Positions 9,337 through 17,873 of a DNA stretch of 64,000 nucleotides are shown here, piece after piece. The stretch lies in the NCBI GenBank assembly GCA_963666925.2, contig CAXXTC010000007.1:128001-192000 (forward strand), read 5' to 3'. The position numbers were made by a program, and so were the translations under genes. The DNA comes from Phycisphaerae bacterium. GTDB taxonomy: Bacteria; Planctomycetota; Phycisphaerae; UBA1845; Fen-1342. Below the pieces are notes generated by a model. That model searched no databases, had not been told where the DNA came from, and saw only the letters and a list, made by a program, of their open reading frames with translations. How positions within the stretch are numbered: position 1 is the stretch's first letter; each line of letters begins with the position of its first letter.

Positions 9337-10545
9337 ATGCACTTTGCCTTTGAAGCGCTGCGACCCGACGGCTCCACAGTCACCGACCGCATCGAGGCCG
9401 GCGACCGTGACGCGGCCGCCGACATCCTCCGCGATCGCGGTCTGATGGTTACGCATATCGAGGACGCCCGCGGCGGCACCACCGGGTCATCCGCCTCGCC
9501 AAACGCCGGCAAGGTCAGCTTGCGCGAGCTCGTCATCCTCACCCGCCAGTTGAAAATGCTCCTCGAGTCCGGCTCTTCCCTTGTCCCCGCGCTCGAGGCC
9601 GCGGAGAAACAGAGCAATCGCCCCGGCATCCGCGCCCTGTTGCGCCGACTGCACGACCGCGTCGAAGGTGGCGACAATCTCAGCCAGGCCCTCGAACCCG
9701 AAGGCAGATATTTCGACCCCGTCTTTCGCAGCCTGGTCGCCGCCGGCGAAAGCACCGGCTCGCTCCCCCAGGTGTTCGATCGCCTCGCCGCGCTCGGCCA
9801 ACAGCAACTGCAAACACGCAAAATGGTCATCGGCGCCGTAACCTACCCTGCCATCCTCTGCCTGCTGCTCATCGGCGTCATGGCCATCCTCCTGCTCTTT
9901 GTGATCCCACGCTTCACCATTCTGTTTACCAGCCTCAATTCGCCACTGCCCGCAACAACCAAGTTCCTCTTCGAGCTGTCCGAATTCGTACGCGTCGGCT
10001 GGCCGTATATCCTCGGCGGCGCCGCGCTCGTCATTACCGGACTCGTTTTCGCCGTTCGGCTGCCTGCCACCAAGGCCTGGTTCGACGAACTGCTCATTCG
10101 CCTGCCCATCGTCGGCAAGCTCATGGCACGCCTCGTCTTCGCCCGCGTCGTTCGCATTTGGGCCGCCATGCTCCGCTGCCATATACCGCTGCTCGAAGCC
10201 ATCCAGCAATCACGCGCCGCCGTCACCAATGTCACTTTCCTCCGTCTGCTCAATGATGTTGAACAATCCGTGTCTTCCGGCGGACACATGGGCCAGGCCA
10301 TCGCCCGGGCTCGGCTCGCCGATCCCGTGATCGTCTCCGCAATCAGCACCGGCGAAGAAAACGGCCGCCTCGCCGAGGCCACCGACTTCGTCTCCAACTG
10401 GATGGACGAGGATAACACCGCCATGGTCCAGGCCGTTACACGCCTGGCCGAACCGCTCTTGCTCGCTTTCATGGGACTCATCGTCGGCTTCGTGGCGATG
10501 TCGTTGTTCATACCACTGTTCGATCTCGCGACCGCCGGAGCCTGA
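9337..10545 (+). CDS. pilC: PilC/GspF inner membrane platform protein
   Basis: AGESTGSL, YPAIL, GEENGRL, EPLLL duplicated GspF domains. Confidence 0.92.
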   Translation: MHFAFEALRPDGSTVTDRIEAGDRDAAADILRDRGLMVTHIEDARGGTTGSSASPNAGKVSLRELVILTRQLKMLLESGSSLVPALEAAEKQSNRPGIRALLRRLHDRVEGGDNLSQALEPEGRYFDPVFRSLVAAGESTGSLPQVFDRLAALGQQQLQTRKMVIGAVTYPAILCLLLIGVMAILLLFVIPRFTILFTSLNSPLPATTKFLFELSEFVRVGWPYILGGAALVITGLVFAVRLPATKAWFDELLIRLPIVGKLMARLVFARVVRIWAAMLRCHIPLLEAIQQSRAAVTNVTFLRLLNDVEQSVSSGGHMGQAIARARLADPVIVSAISTGEENGRLAEATDFVSNWMDEDNTAMVQAVTRLAEPLLLAFMGLIVGFVAMSLFIPLFDLATAGA

Positions 10546-10567
10546 TCCGCGGCGCACCTGGTGTTGC

Positions 10568-11710
10568 ATGGTTACTCTGCTCGGCACAAAACGCTCAGCA
10601 ATCACTTTCGACGTCGGTGCCAGCGGCATCCGCGCCTACCAGCTCCGCGAACATCGCCGGGGCCCCAGCCTCGTCGACATGCTGCACCTCGACCTTGCCA
10701 CGCAATTGCCCACCGACCAGCCCGAAACCGATGACAAGGTCACCATTGAACCCGCCCTGGTCAATCCGGCCCTGCTCGCGCGGCTCGTGGGACAGGGACG
10801 CTTCGCCGGCCGCGAGGTCGCCCTGGTCATCTCGCCCCCCGACGTGCAGTTCCTCCCCATGCACCTGCCCCCCCAGACACTCGACCAGCCACCCGAGAAG
10901 ATCCAGCAGGCACTCCGCTACGAGGTCGCCCGCGACAGCCGACATTCCGCCGAGGGCCTCGAAGTACGCTACTGGACACTGCCCGGCGCCCGCGGCCAGC
11001 AGGCCAACGTCATGGCCGTCGTCATGTCCGCCACGCTCGCCAACCAGTGGTGCCGACAGCTCGACGATCAGAGTCTGGCCCTGCGACGCATCGACGTGGC
11101 CCCTTGCGCCCTCGTACGACTCACCCGCCAGCTCTGGACCCCGGCCGATGATGATCTCTGGGGCATCCTCGACCTCGGCCTGCGCCACAGCACGCTTACG
11201 GTCGTGGTCGGAACCACCCCGACCTACATCCGCACCTTGTCAAACTCCGCCGCCCGCTGGACCCGTCTCATCGCCGAGGCTTTTGAGGTCCCCCCCGACG
11301 TCGCCGAACAGCTCAAACGTGAGCACGGCGTCGTCACCACCCAACGCGGCATCGACAAGTCAACCGAATCACGCGCCCTGCTCCGCGCCACCGACCTCCC
11401 CAGTGCATTCGCCAGCGTGCTCCGCGACGCCTTGCGCACACTTACCCAGGAGGTCGAACGCTGCTTCTCGTACGTCATGCAGAGCTTCCCCGAGCACGGC
11501 GTCAAACGCCTCGTCGTTGCCGGCGGCGGCAGCGACATGCTCGGCCTGCCCTCCGTGCTCGAAGCTGAACTCGGCGTTCCCATCTCCTGTCTGACCAACG
11601 CCCCCGACCGGGACGCTACAAACTGGGAACATCCGCTCAACCACGTGCCCGTGTCGGCTGCCGTCGGGGCCGCCGTCGGCGGCGCTCTGCTTGATCTGGA
11701 GGCCTCATGA
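10568..11710 (+). CDS. pilM: PilM-like actin-fold protein
   Basis: FDVGASGIR, ILDLG, VVAGGGS motifs; operon position. Confidence 0.8.
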   Translation: MVTLLGTKRSAITFDVGASGIRAYQLREHRRGPSLVDMLHLDLATQLPTDQPETDDKVTIEPALVNPALLARLVGQGRFAGREVALVISPPDVQFLPMHLPPQTLDQPPEKIQQALRYEVARDSRHSAEGLEVRYWTLPGARGQQANVMAVVMSATLANQWCRQLDDQSLALRRIDVAPCALVRLTRQLWTPADDDLWGILDLGLRHSTLTVVVGTTPTYIRTLSNSAARWTRLIAEAFEVPPDVAEQLKREHGVVTTQRGIDKSTESRALLRATDLPSAFASVLRDALRTLTQEVERCFSYVMQSFPEHGVKRLVVAGGGSDMLGLPSVLEAELGVPISCLTNAPDRDATNWEHPLNHVPVSAAVGAAVGGALLDLEAS

Positions 11711-12333
11711 GCGCAGGCGTCAACCTGGTACCGCACGCTTTCCTGCGCGCCCGACGACGGTCACGCCGCCGCAACGCCTGGCTGGCCGTCGTTGCAGCCA
11801 CCGCTTTCCTCTTCCTCATGGGCTGGGGTGGTCAGCGCCTCGCCGCCCATGCGCTCCACACCGTCGAATACCAGGTCGAAAACATCGAACAGCAACGCAG
11901 CGATGTCCAACGACAGCTCCTCATGGCTGCCGGCCGCCGCAGCGAACTGGTCGACCAGCTACGCACCGTTACAGAATCCCGCCGGCCGCAGCCCTGGGCC
12001 CAACGCCTAACAACCTTGACCGACGTCGTCCCCGCCGGCGTCCTCATCACCAGTATCGACATCGGAACCGGCGGCCGAGTCGTCGTCGGAAACCGCCGAC
12101 CTCCACGCGGCCCCGCGAACACCGCCGCCAACGCCACCGACCACAATCTCCAGCCCGTCCAGATGCGCGGACACGCGCTCGACCACGGCGCGCTCATCCA
12201 AATGCTCAACACCCTCCAGCAACTCCCCGGCTGGACTCAGGTCGAACTCGTTCGGGCCACCCTCGGACCCTTCCGCACCGGCGCCGCGGTTGCTTTCGAG
12301 CTCGATTGCCAGACGTTGGAGGACGTGCAGTGA
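11707..12333 (+). CDS. pilN: PilN-like protein
   Basis: VNLVP N-terminal motif, TM, coiled coil, VPAGVLITSI. Confidence 0.75.
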   Translation: MSAGVNLVPHAFLRARRRSRRRNAWLAVVAATAFLFLMGWGGQRLAAHALHTVEYQVENIEQQRSDVQRQLLMAAGRRSELVDQLRTVTESRRPQPWAQRLTTLTDVVPAGVLITSIDIGTGGRVVVGNRRPPRGPANTAANATDHNLQPVQMRGHALDHGALIQMLNTLQQLPGWTQVELVRATLGPFRTGAAVAFELDCQTLEDVQ

Positions 12334-12896
12334 CTCGGTCCACTCAAACACGCCGCAACGCCGACATCGACCTGATGGGCCTGGGGGGGGGGGCGCTCTG
12401 TCTCATTCTGGGCTGGTGGCTTGTCGTCGCCCCCTGGATGAGCACCTGGTCCGACTATCGAGCCGTCGCCCTCCGACGCGCCGAAGCCTCTGCCGGGCTC
12501 CGCGACGACGTCCACGAACTCGAACGCTTCCAGGTCGGCCTGGTACAACTCGAAGACGCCGTAACTTCGCAGTCCGACGCCGTTCCCCACGCTACATCAA
12601 CCTCCTCGCTCCTGCGCGAAATGACCGCAATAGCCGAGGATTGCAGCCTGAAGCTCCTCAGCGTCGCGCCACAGCCCGCCGCAAACGACGGCAAGTATGT
12701 CGTGACCGACGTCCAGGTCGCCGGCCGAGGATCCAGCCACGATTTCATCCGCTTCCTCGACCGCTTTGCCCAGCAGAATCCTTACCAGGCGTTACGCTTC
12801 TGCTCGATCACTCGTCTACCCGATTCGGATTCCCCGGATTGTGAGCTCGCCTGGGCCGTCCGCCTATACCTGCTCCCGCCAGGGACTGAGGGCTAG
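12330..12896 (+). CDS. pilO: PilO-like protein (contains in-frame G11 tract)
   Basis: GTGA overlap start, TM, coiled coil, ferredoxin-like C-terminus; position after pilN. Confidence 0.7.
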   Translation: MTRSTQTRRNADIDLMGLGGGALCLILGWWLVVAPWMSTWSDYRAVALRRAEASAGLRDDVHELERFQVGLVQLEDAVTSQSDAVPHATSTSSLLREMTAIAEDCSLKLLSVAPQPAANDGKYVVTDVQVAGRGSSHDFIRFLDRFAQQNPYQALRFCSITRLPDSDSPDCELAWAVRLYLLPPGTEG

Positions 12897-12916
12897 ATCG
12901 CCATGGTGTCGTCATA

Positions 12917-13456
12917 ATGAAGTCGCTCGGCAAACGACAGAAGTTGCTCCTCAGTGCCCTCGCTCTGGCCGGCCTGATCTGGGGCGTGGATACGCTGACC
13001 GGCGGCGGACCCAGCCCCGCCGACGCCCGTCCCACACCTGCTCCCACGACAGCTTTCGAGACCGAATGGTCCGATATCACCCCCCTGATCGAACAACTCA
13101 CCAAACGCCACACCCAGCCCGTGGAGAACCTCGACAGCCTCAAACGCGATCTCTTCATGCCCACGGACGAATTTCTGGCTGCCTTTCCCCCGCCCCCCGA
13201 GCCGGAGAACGACCAGTCCCCCCAAGAGCCACACCATGTCGAAGCCTCCCCCGTCGATTTCAGCAGCGTCCACAGCCTCTCCGGGGTCATGCTCGGGCAC
13301 ACACCGCAGGCCGTCATCGATGGCCACCTCCTCCGTATCGGCGACGAGATCGGTGGTTATCGGCTCATCCGCATCGAACGCGACCAGGTCGTCTTCCGCG
13401 ACGTCCTGACCGCCCACGATGCCATCCTTACGATCCAGCCCCCCGGCCCGTCCTGA
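12917..13456 (+). CDS. PilP/GspC-like membrane-anchored protein
   Basis: N-terminal TM, RDLF, LSGVMLG...AVIDG...IGDEIGGY pattern. Confidence 0.6.
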   Translation: MKSLGKRQKLLLSALALAGLIWGVDTLTGGGPSPADARPTPAPTTAFETEWSDITPLIEQLTKRHTQPVENLDSLKRDLFMPTDEFLAAFPPPPEPENDQSPQEPHHVEASPVDFSSVHSLSGVMLGHTPQAVIDGHLLRIGDEIGGYRLIRIERDQVVFRDVLTAHDAILTIQPPGPS

Positions 13457-13609
13457 CGGATAAACCGGGTACGCCCTCACGCCGACTTACTAAAGCCCTC
13501 TCCCAGCGGCACCGATGCTTAACTAGGGTAACAGGATGAACTGGAACGGTCTGGCCCGGCCACACGCCGCCGCCCGACCAGATCCCAATGAGGATCAGGA
13601 GCACTACCG

Positions 13610-14146
13610 ATGATGTCCCCGAAAGGCAGACTGTTCGCTTTCTCGCTCGTTGAGTTGGTCGTGGTCGTGGTGATTATCGGCATCCTCGCTGCCATTGCCA
13701 TCCCACGCCTCAGCCGCGGTTCTTCCGGCGCTTCGGAATCCGCCGTCGCTGCTGATTTGTCCATGATCCGTGGATCCATCAGCATGTATGCGGCCGAGCA
13801 CAAGAGCAATTTCCCGGGTGCCAAGACGGACGGTACCAACGCCGCCAATACCGCCGAGGCCTTCATCGCCCAGTTGACTCAGTACACCGACATCAACGGC
13901 AACGCTCAGCAGACCAAGGACACCACGCACGTCTACGGCCCATACATAGTGTCGATGCCCCCTTGCCCCGTGGGTGAGGCCGCCGGCACTACCACCGCTG
14001 CCGACGTGCTCATCGATACCACCAACAGCCCCCCCACGGTAGTCACGACCAACGGAGAGGGCTGGGTCTACAACCCCTCCACCGGCGAGTTCCTGCCAAA
14101 CACCACGACGAGTGACGAGTCCGGCACCGCGTTCAACCTGTACTAG
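13610..14146 (+). CDS. Type IV pilin / pseudopilin
   Basis: A|FSLVELVVVVVIIGILAAIAIP class III signal peptide; AGGAG RBS. Confidence 0.9.
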   Translation: MMSPKGRLFAFSLVELVVVVVIIGILAAIAIPRLSRGSSGASESAVAADLSMIRGSISMYAAEHKSNFPGAKTDGTNAANTAEAFIAQLTQYTDINGNAQQTKDTTHVYGPYIVSMPPCPVGEAAGTTTAADVLIDTTNSPPTVVTTNGEGWVYNPSTGEFLPNTTTSDESGTAFNLY

Positions 14147-14296
14147 CAATAGTACGACTGATCCGGTCTCTCGAGTCGCGAGCGTCTTGTGAGTATTGGG
14201 GTTGGCTGTCTGGCCTGTGGACAATCCGTCCGCAGGTCCGGTCCGGCGAGCACCTCGCTCGCCAGCACGGAACCTGACGAAGTTGCACATTGCCAA

Positions 14297-14339
14297 CCGG
14301 GTCGACCCTCCTCGCGAGCGGTCGGCCCGGCCTTTTTTT
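14297..14339 (+). terminator. Rho-independent terminator after the pilin
   Basis: CCGGGTCGACC...GGTCGGCCCGG stem followed by T7. Confidence 0.7.
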
Positions 14340-14354
14340 CGCAGCTCCGCCGAG

Positions 14355-14482
14355 GTGCCACTGTTCCGAAAGCAGCGTTCAGCCCCCTTCTGGCACCAGC
14401 CCCCTGTTTGAAGCACCGGCCCCCCTCTTTGTCGCACCGGTTTGTAACCGGTGGGTCGTGCCGGCTACAAACCCCAGTGCCA
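14355..14482. repeat. Composite REP-like palindromic unit (families A and B)
   Basis: GTGCCACTGTTCCGAAAGCAGC plus GTCGCACCGGTTTGTAACCGGTG; homologous to 20026-20111. Confidence 0.75.
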
Positions 14483-14542
14483 CGGCTATGGAACGAGCTC
14501 AGCTTTCATCCGGAATGGTGTACGAAGTACATGCGGCCTGCT

Positions 14543-16096
14543 CTAATCGAACAGCCCAGGCTGCCGCGGATCTTCTGCGGTGCTGCGAAATTCCCCGTCC
14601 GCCAGCTCGGTCTTGATCCGCATCCGTTCGCGAATCTCCGCGACCGAGCGCAGAATCCGCCCCGACCGGGCGTCGCGCGTGATCGAGTAGCCGCGTTTCA
14701 GCACGCGGCGCGGATCGCAACTCGCCAGCGTCTGCTCGCGGGCATCCAGCAGACGCCGCTGATGTCGCAGCGTCGTCCGCATGACCCCACGCAGGTGCGC
14801 GTGGACCTGTCGCAGGTGGTTGCGCTGCATCCGCGCGGTGACTTCCGGACTGACGCGTGCCAGCCGCCCCTCCCGGCGAGCCAATTCGCGCTCACACCGC
14901 TGCCGCAGCGCCGGCAGCAGTTGCTCCAGGTGCCGCAGCCCCGTTTCGATCCGCTGCCCGGCCCGGGCAAACGCCGCGCCGGCCCCAAAACGCAGCAACG
15001 CCAACTCATGTCGGCTGAACCGTGCCCGCGTCACCCGGAACAATTCCCGAGCTCCGCTACGCAAACGCTGCTGCAACTCGTCGATCCGCTGCATCTGCTG
15101 CCGCAGTCGGCTCGCGGGTCGGGCCAGGCTCTCGCAGGCCAGTCGGCGCTCCAGCCCCGACCGCGCCAGCGCCAACTCGTGACCCAGCGCCCGCGTCGCA
15201 CGCCGGGTGGTCGTTCGCACCAACTCGCCCAGGTCGGCCACGGCCGGCGCGATCAGCTCGGCCGCCGCGGTCGGAGTGGCGGCCCGCAGATCGGCCACCA
15301 GGTCGCAGATCGTCACATCAACTTCATGTCCAACGCCGCTGACCACCGGCAATTGGCTGGCAGCAATCGCCCGCGCGACGACCTCCTCGTTAAACGCCCA
15401 CGAATCCTCGAGCGATCCGCCTCCGCGGGCCACGATCAGCACGTCGATACCCCCAAGTTCGTCCGCCGCCCGATTGGCCAGCTCGATCGCGCCGGCAATT
15501 TCCGCCGCCGCCCCCTCGCCCTGCACGCGTACCGGGAAGAGCAGCACCTCGACCAGTGGCGCCCGCCGCGCCAGCGTCCGCAGTATGTCCAGAATCGCCG
15601 CCCCGCTCGGGCTCGTTATCAGACCGACCCGCTCCGGAATTCGCGGCAACTCACGCTTACGCTGCGGATCAAACAGCCCCTCACGTTCGAGCCGCTCTTT
15701 GAGCTGCCGAAATGCGACCTCGAGTGCCCCCACGCCCCGCGGCTCCAGCTTCCGCACGATGAGCTGATATGCCCCGCGCGGCGCGTACACTTCGATCCCG
15801 CCGGTGGCGATAGCTTCCATGCCCGATTCGGGCTCAAAACGGAGGTGACCGACGCTGCTCCGCCACATGACACAACGCAGTTCGGCCTGCGCGTCCTTCA
15901 GCGTGAAATAGAGATGCCCGCTGGCCGGCTGCGACAGGTTGCCGATCTCGCCGACCACATGCAGCGTCGGCGGCAGGTGCTGGGTGAGCACGCCGCCGAT
16001 CAGCGCGTTGACCTGCCGCGGGCTGAAGAGCCGCGGCTCGTCAGCGGTCTTCGACCGGGTTGAGGAGCCCGTTCGCCGGGGCACGTCGACCTCCAA
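14543..16096 (-). CDS. xseA: Exodeoxyribonuclease VII large subunit
   Basis: SGHLYFTLKD, ARGGGSLED, GVGHEVD, DLRAATPTAAAE motifs. Confidence 0.95.
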   Translation of the reverse strand: MEVDVPRRTGSSTRSKTADEPRLFSPRQVNALIGGVLTQHLPPTLHVVGEIGNLSQPASGHLYFTLKDAQAELRCVMWRSSVGHLRFEPESGMEAIATGGIEVYAPRGAYQLIVRKLEPRGVGALEVAFRQLKERLEREGLFDPQRKRELPRIPERVGLITSPSGAAILDILRTLARRAPLVEVLLFPVRVQGEGAAAEIAGAIELANRAADELGGIDVLIVARGGGSLEDSWAFNEEVVARAIAASQLPVVSGVGHEVDVTICDLVADLRAATPTAAAELIAPAVADLGELVRTTTRRATRALGHELALARSGLERRLACESLARPASRLRQQMQRIDELQQRLRSGARELFRVTRARFSRHELALLRFGAGAAFARAGQRIETGLRHLEQLLPALRQRCERELARREGRLARVSPEVTARMQRNHLRQVHAHLRGVMRTTLRHQRRLLDAREQTLASCDPRRVLKRGYSITRDARSGRILRSVAEIRERMRIKTELADGEFRSTAEDPRQPGLFD

Positions 16097-16129
16097 ACAT
16101 CTCAGCGCGTTGTCAGAGGTTGCTCAGTG

Positions 16130-16200
16130 TCCCACTGCTCTTGAGCAGTGGGATTTCGAATATCAGTCAGCGTGTACGTGCCACTGCTCTGTGAGCAGTG
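16130..16200. repeat. Tandem pair of REP-like palindromes (family A)
   Basis: TCCCACTGCTCTTGAGCAGTGGGA and GTGCCACTGCTCTGTGAGCAGTG. Confidence 0.8.
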
Positions 16201-16305
16201 CATTCTCGAGCATCATCATTCGAGCTTAACAACACGCACCAGGCAACGCCGCACCAGTGCGAAAATCGTGTTCCGCCGCCGGCCGAGTATGCGCCCCCCG
16301 GAGAC

Positions 16306-16350
16306 AAAAAGAAACCCGCCCCCGGCATTCAAGCCGCAGGGCGGGTTTCT
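16306..16350 (-). terminator. Rho-independent terminator of rplM-rpsI
   Basis: AGAAACCCGCCC/GGGCGGGTTTCT inverted repeat with a T-run on the minus strand. Confidence 0.75.
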
Positions 16351-16377
16351 CGGAATCCCGATCGGGGCAGCGCTCTC

Positions 16378-17043
16378 TTAACGCTTCGAGAACTGGAAGC
16401 GTCGGCGAGCCTTGCGCTGACCGTATTTCTTACGTTCAACCCGACGCGCATCACGCGTCAGGTAGCCGGCATCTCGCAACGCCGGCTCAAACTGGTCGTG
16501 TGCCTTGGCGAGCGCGCGGGCCAGACCCAGGCGAATCGCGCCGGCCTGCCCGGTATGCCCACCACCGTGCACCAGAACCCGCACGTTCCACTGCTTCCGC
16601 ACGCCAGTCGTGTCCAGCGGTGCCTGAACATCCACACGATCCTGCGGCTCGGTAAAATACACATCGACGGGACGCTCGTTGACGATGAACTGGCCATCGC
16701 CAGCGCTCATACGAACCCGCGCCACCGAACTCTTACGCCGGCCGGTCCCGAGGAACACACCCTCACGCGCGGGCGGCGGCCCTTCCGCTTCCTGCGGCTC
16801 AGGCTCGGCCGCATCGGGGGCGGGATCAGCCGCGGGCTCCGTAGTGGGTTCGTCGGACACGGGGGGCGGGGTCGGCTGATCAGCCGGGGGCGTCGCCTCT
16901 GGCGCTTCCGGCGCCGGCGTAACAGCCTCCGGGGGAGTGGCAGCTTCTGGGGGTTGCGGCGCAGCAGGCGCGGGCACTTCCGCCGACTCGGCGGGCTCGC
17001 CAACCGGGCTCTGCTCCGCAGGTTTGGGCTCGGAATCCGTCAC
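16378..17043 (-). CDS. rpsI: 30S ribosomal protein S9 with long Pro/Glu/Ala-rich N-terminal extension
   Basis: GTGRRKSSVARV, GGGHTGQAGAIRLG, ERKKYGQRKARRRFQFSKR; AGGAG RBS 8 nt before GTG 17043. Confidence 0.95.
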   Translation of the reverse strand: MTDSEPKPAEQSPVGEPAESAEVPAPAAPQPPEAATPPEAVTPAPEAPEATPPADQPTPPPVSDEPTTEPAADPAPDAAEPEPQEAEGPPPAREGVFLGTGRRKSSVARVRMSAGDGQFIVNERPVDVYFTEPQDRVDVQAPLDTTGVRKQWNVRVLVHGGGHTGQAGAIRLGLARALAKAHDQFEPALRDAGYLTRDARRVERKKYGQRKARRRFQFSKR

Positions 17044-17060
17044 GGGCGTCACTCCTGGGT

Positions 17061-17504
17061 TTACAGCGGAAACGGCTCAGGCTGCTGAGCCTGATGCGGA
17101 TGTTCGGTCCCGGTGTACAGCTTCAACTTCGTCAGCATCTTCCGCGCCAGCGCGTTCTTCGGCAACATTCGCCGGACGGCCTCATGCAGAACACGCGTCG
17201 GATGACGCTGGAGCATAGTCTCCATGTCCATCTCGTGCAGGCCGCTCGGGTGACCGCTGTAACGCTGATACACCACTTCCTGCTTCTTCCGCGAACCGGT
17301 GACTTTCACCTGGCCCGCGTTCAGGACAATCACAAAATCGCCGGTGTCGACGTGCGGCGTATAAATGGGCTTGTGCTTGCCCATCAGCACCGTCGCGATC
17401 TTCACCGCCAGCCGCCCGAGCACCTGGTCCTTTGCATCAACAATGAACCAACGCCGGTCAATTTCGGCGGGTTTGGCGAGATAACACTGATTCGCAGTCT
17501 TCAT
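17061..17504 (-). CDS. rplM: 50S ribosomal protein L13
   Basis: WFIVDAKDQVLGRLA, GKHKPIYTPHVDTGD, HPHQAQQP. Confidence 0.97.
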   Translation of the reverse strand: MKTANQCYLAKPAEIDRRWFIVDAKDQVLGRLAVKIATVLMGKHKPIYTPHVDTGDFVIVLNAGQVKVTGSRKKQEVVYQRYSGHPSGLHEMDMETMLQRHPTRVLHEAVRRMLPKNALARKMLTKLKLYTGTEHPHQAQQPEPFPL

Positions 17505-17873
17505 GACACAATCCACCTGTACGGGGCCTGGCCCCGGGACAAAAGTCGGAATCTCGCAGTATACGCATTCCGAACCCGTCGTCAAGCTGCCAACTGCCAT
17601 ACCTCCTCCCATAAACCATAAACCTCCCGCCACCGACCACGCCCACCGGGGTTCCAGCTCCCCCGGGCCATACAGACCGAACGACTAAACGCTCAACTTC
17701 TTCCAACTCCTTATCATGTCCAATGTTATGGCGATTACGCCACGCTCAGGCATCTCCGCCATCCGCCTCCATCACCCCCGCCCGGTGGACGCCGAACCAC
17801 GCCGACAGTACCGTGTTCGTTGGGACCTCATCCCGCTACGCGGCACGGGGCGGAGACTGATAAGGAGATCCAC

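Noticed and set aside
14189..16063. 624-aa plus-strand ORF
   Set aside because: Antisense shadow of xseA; no recognisable motifs
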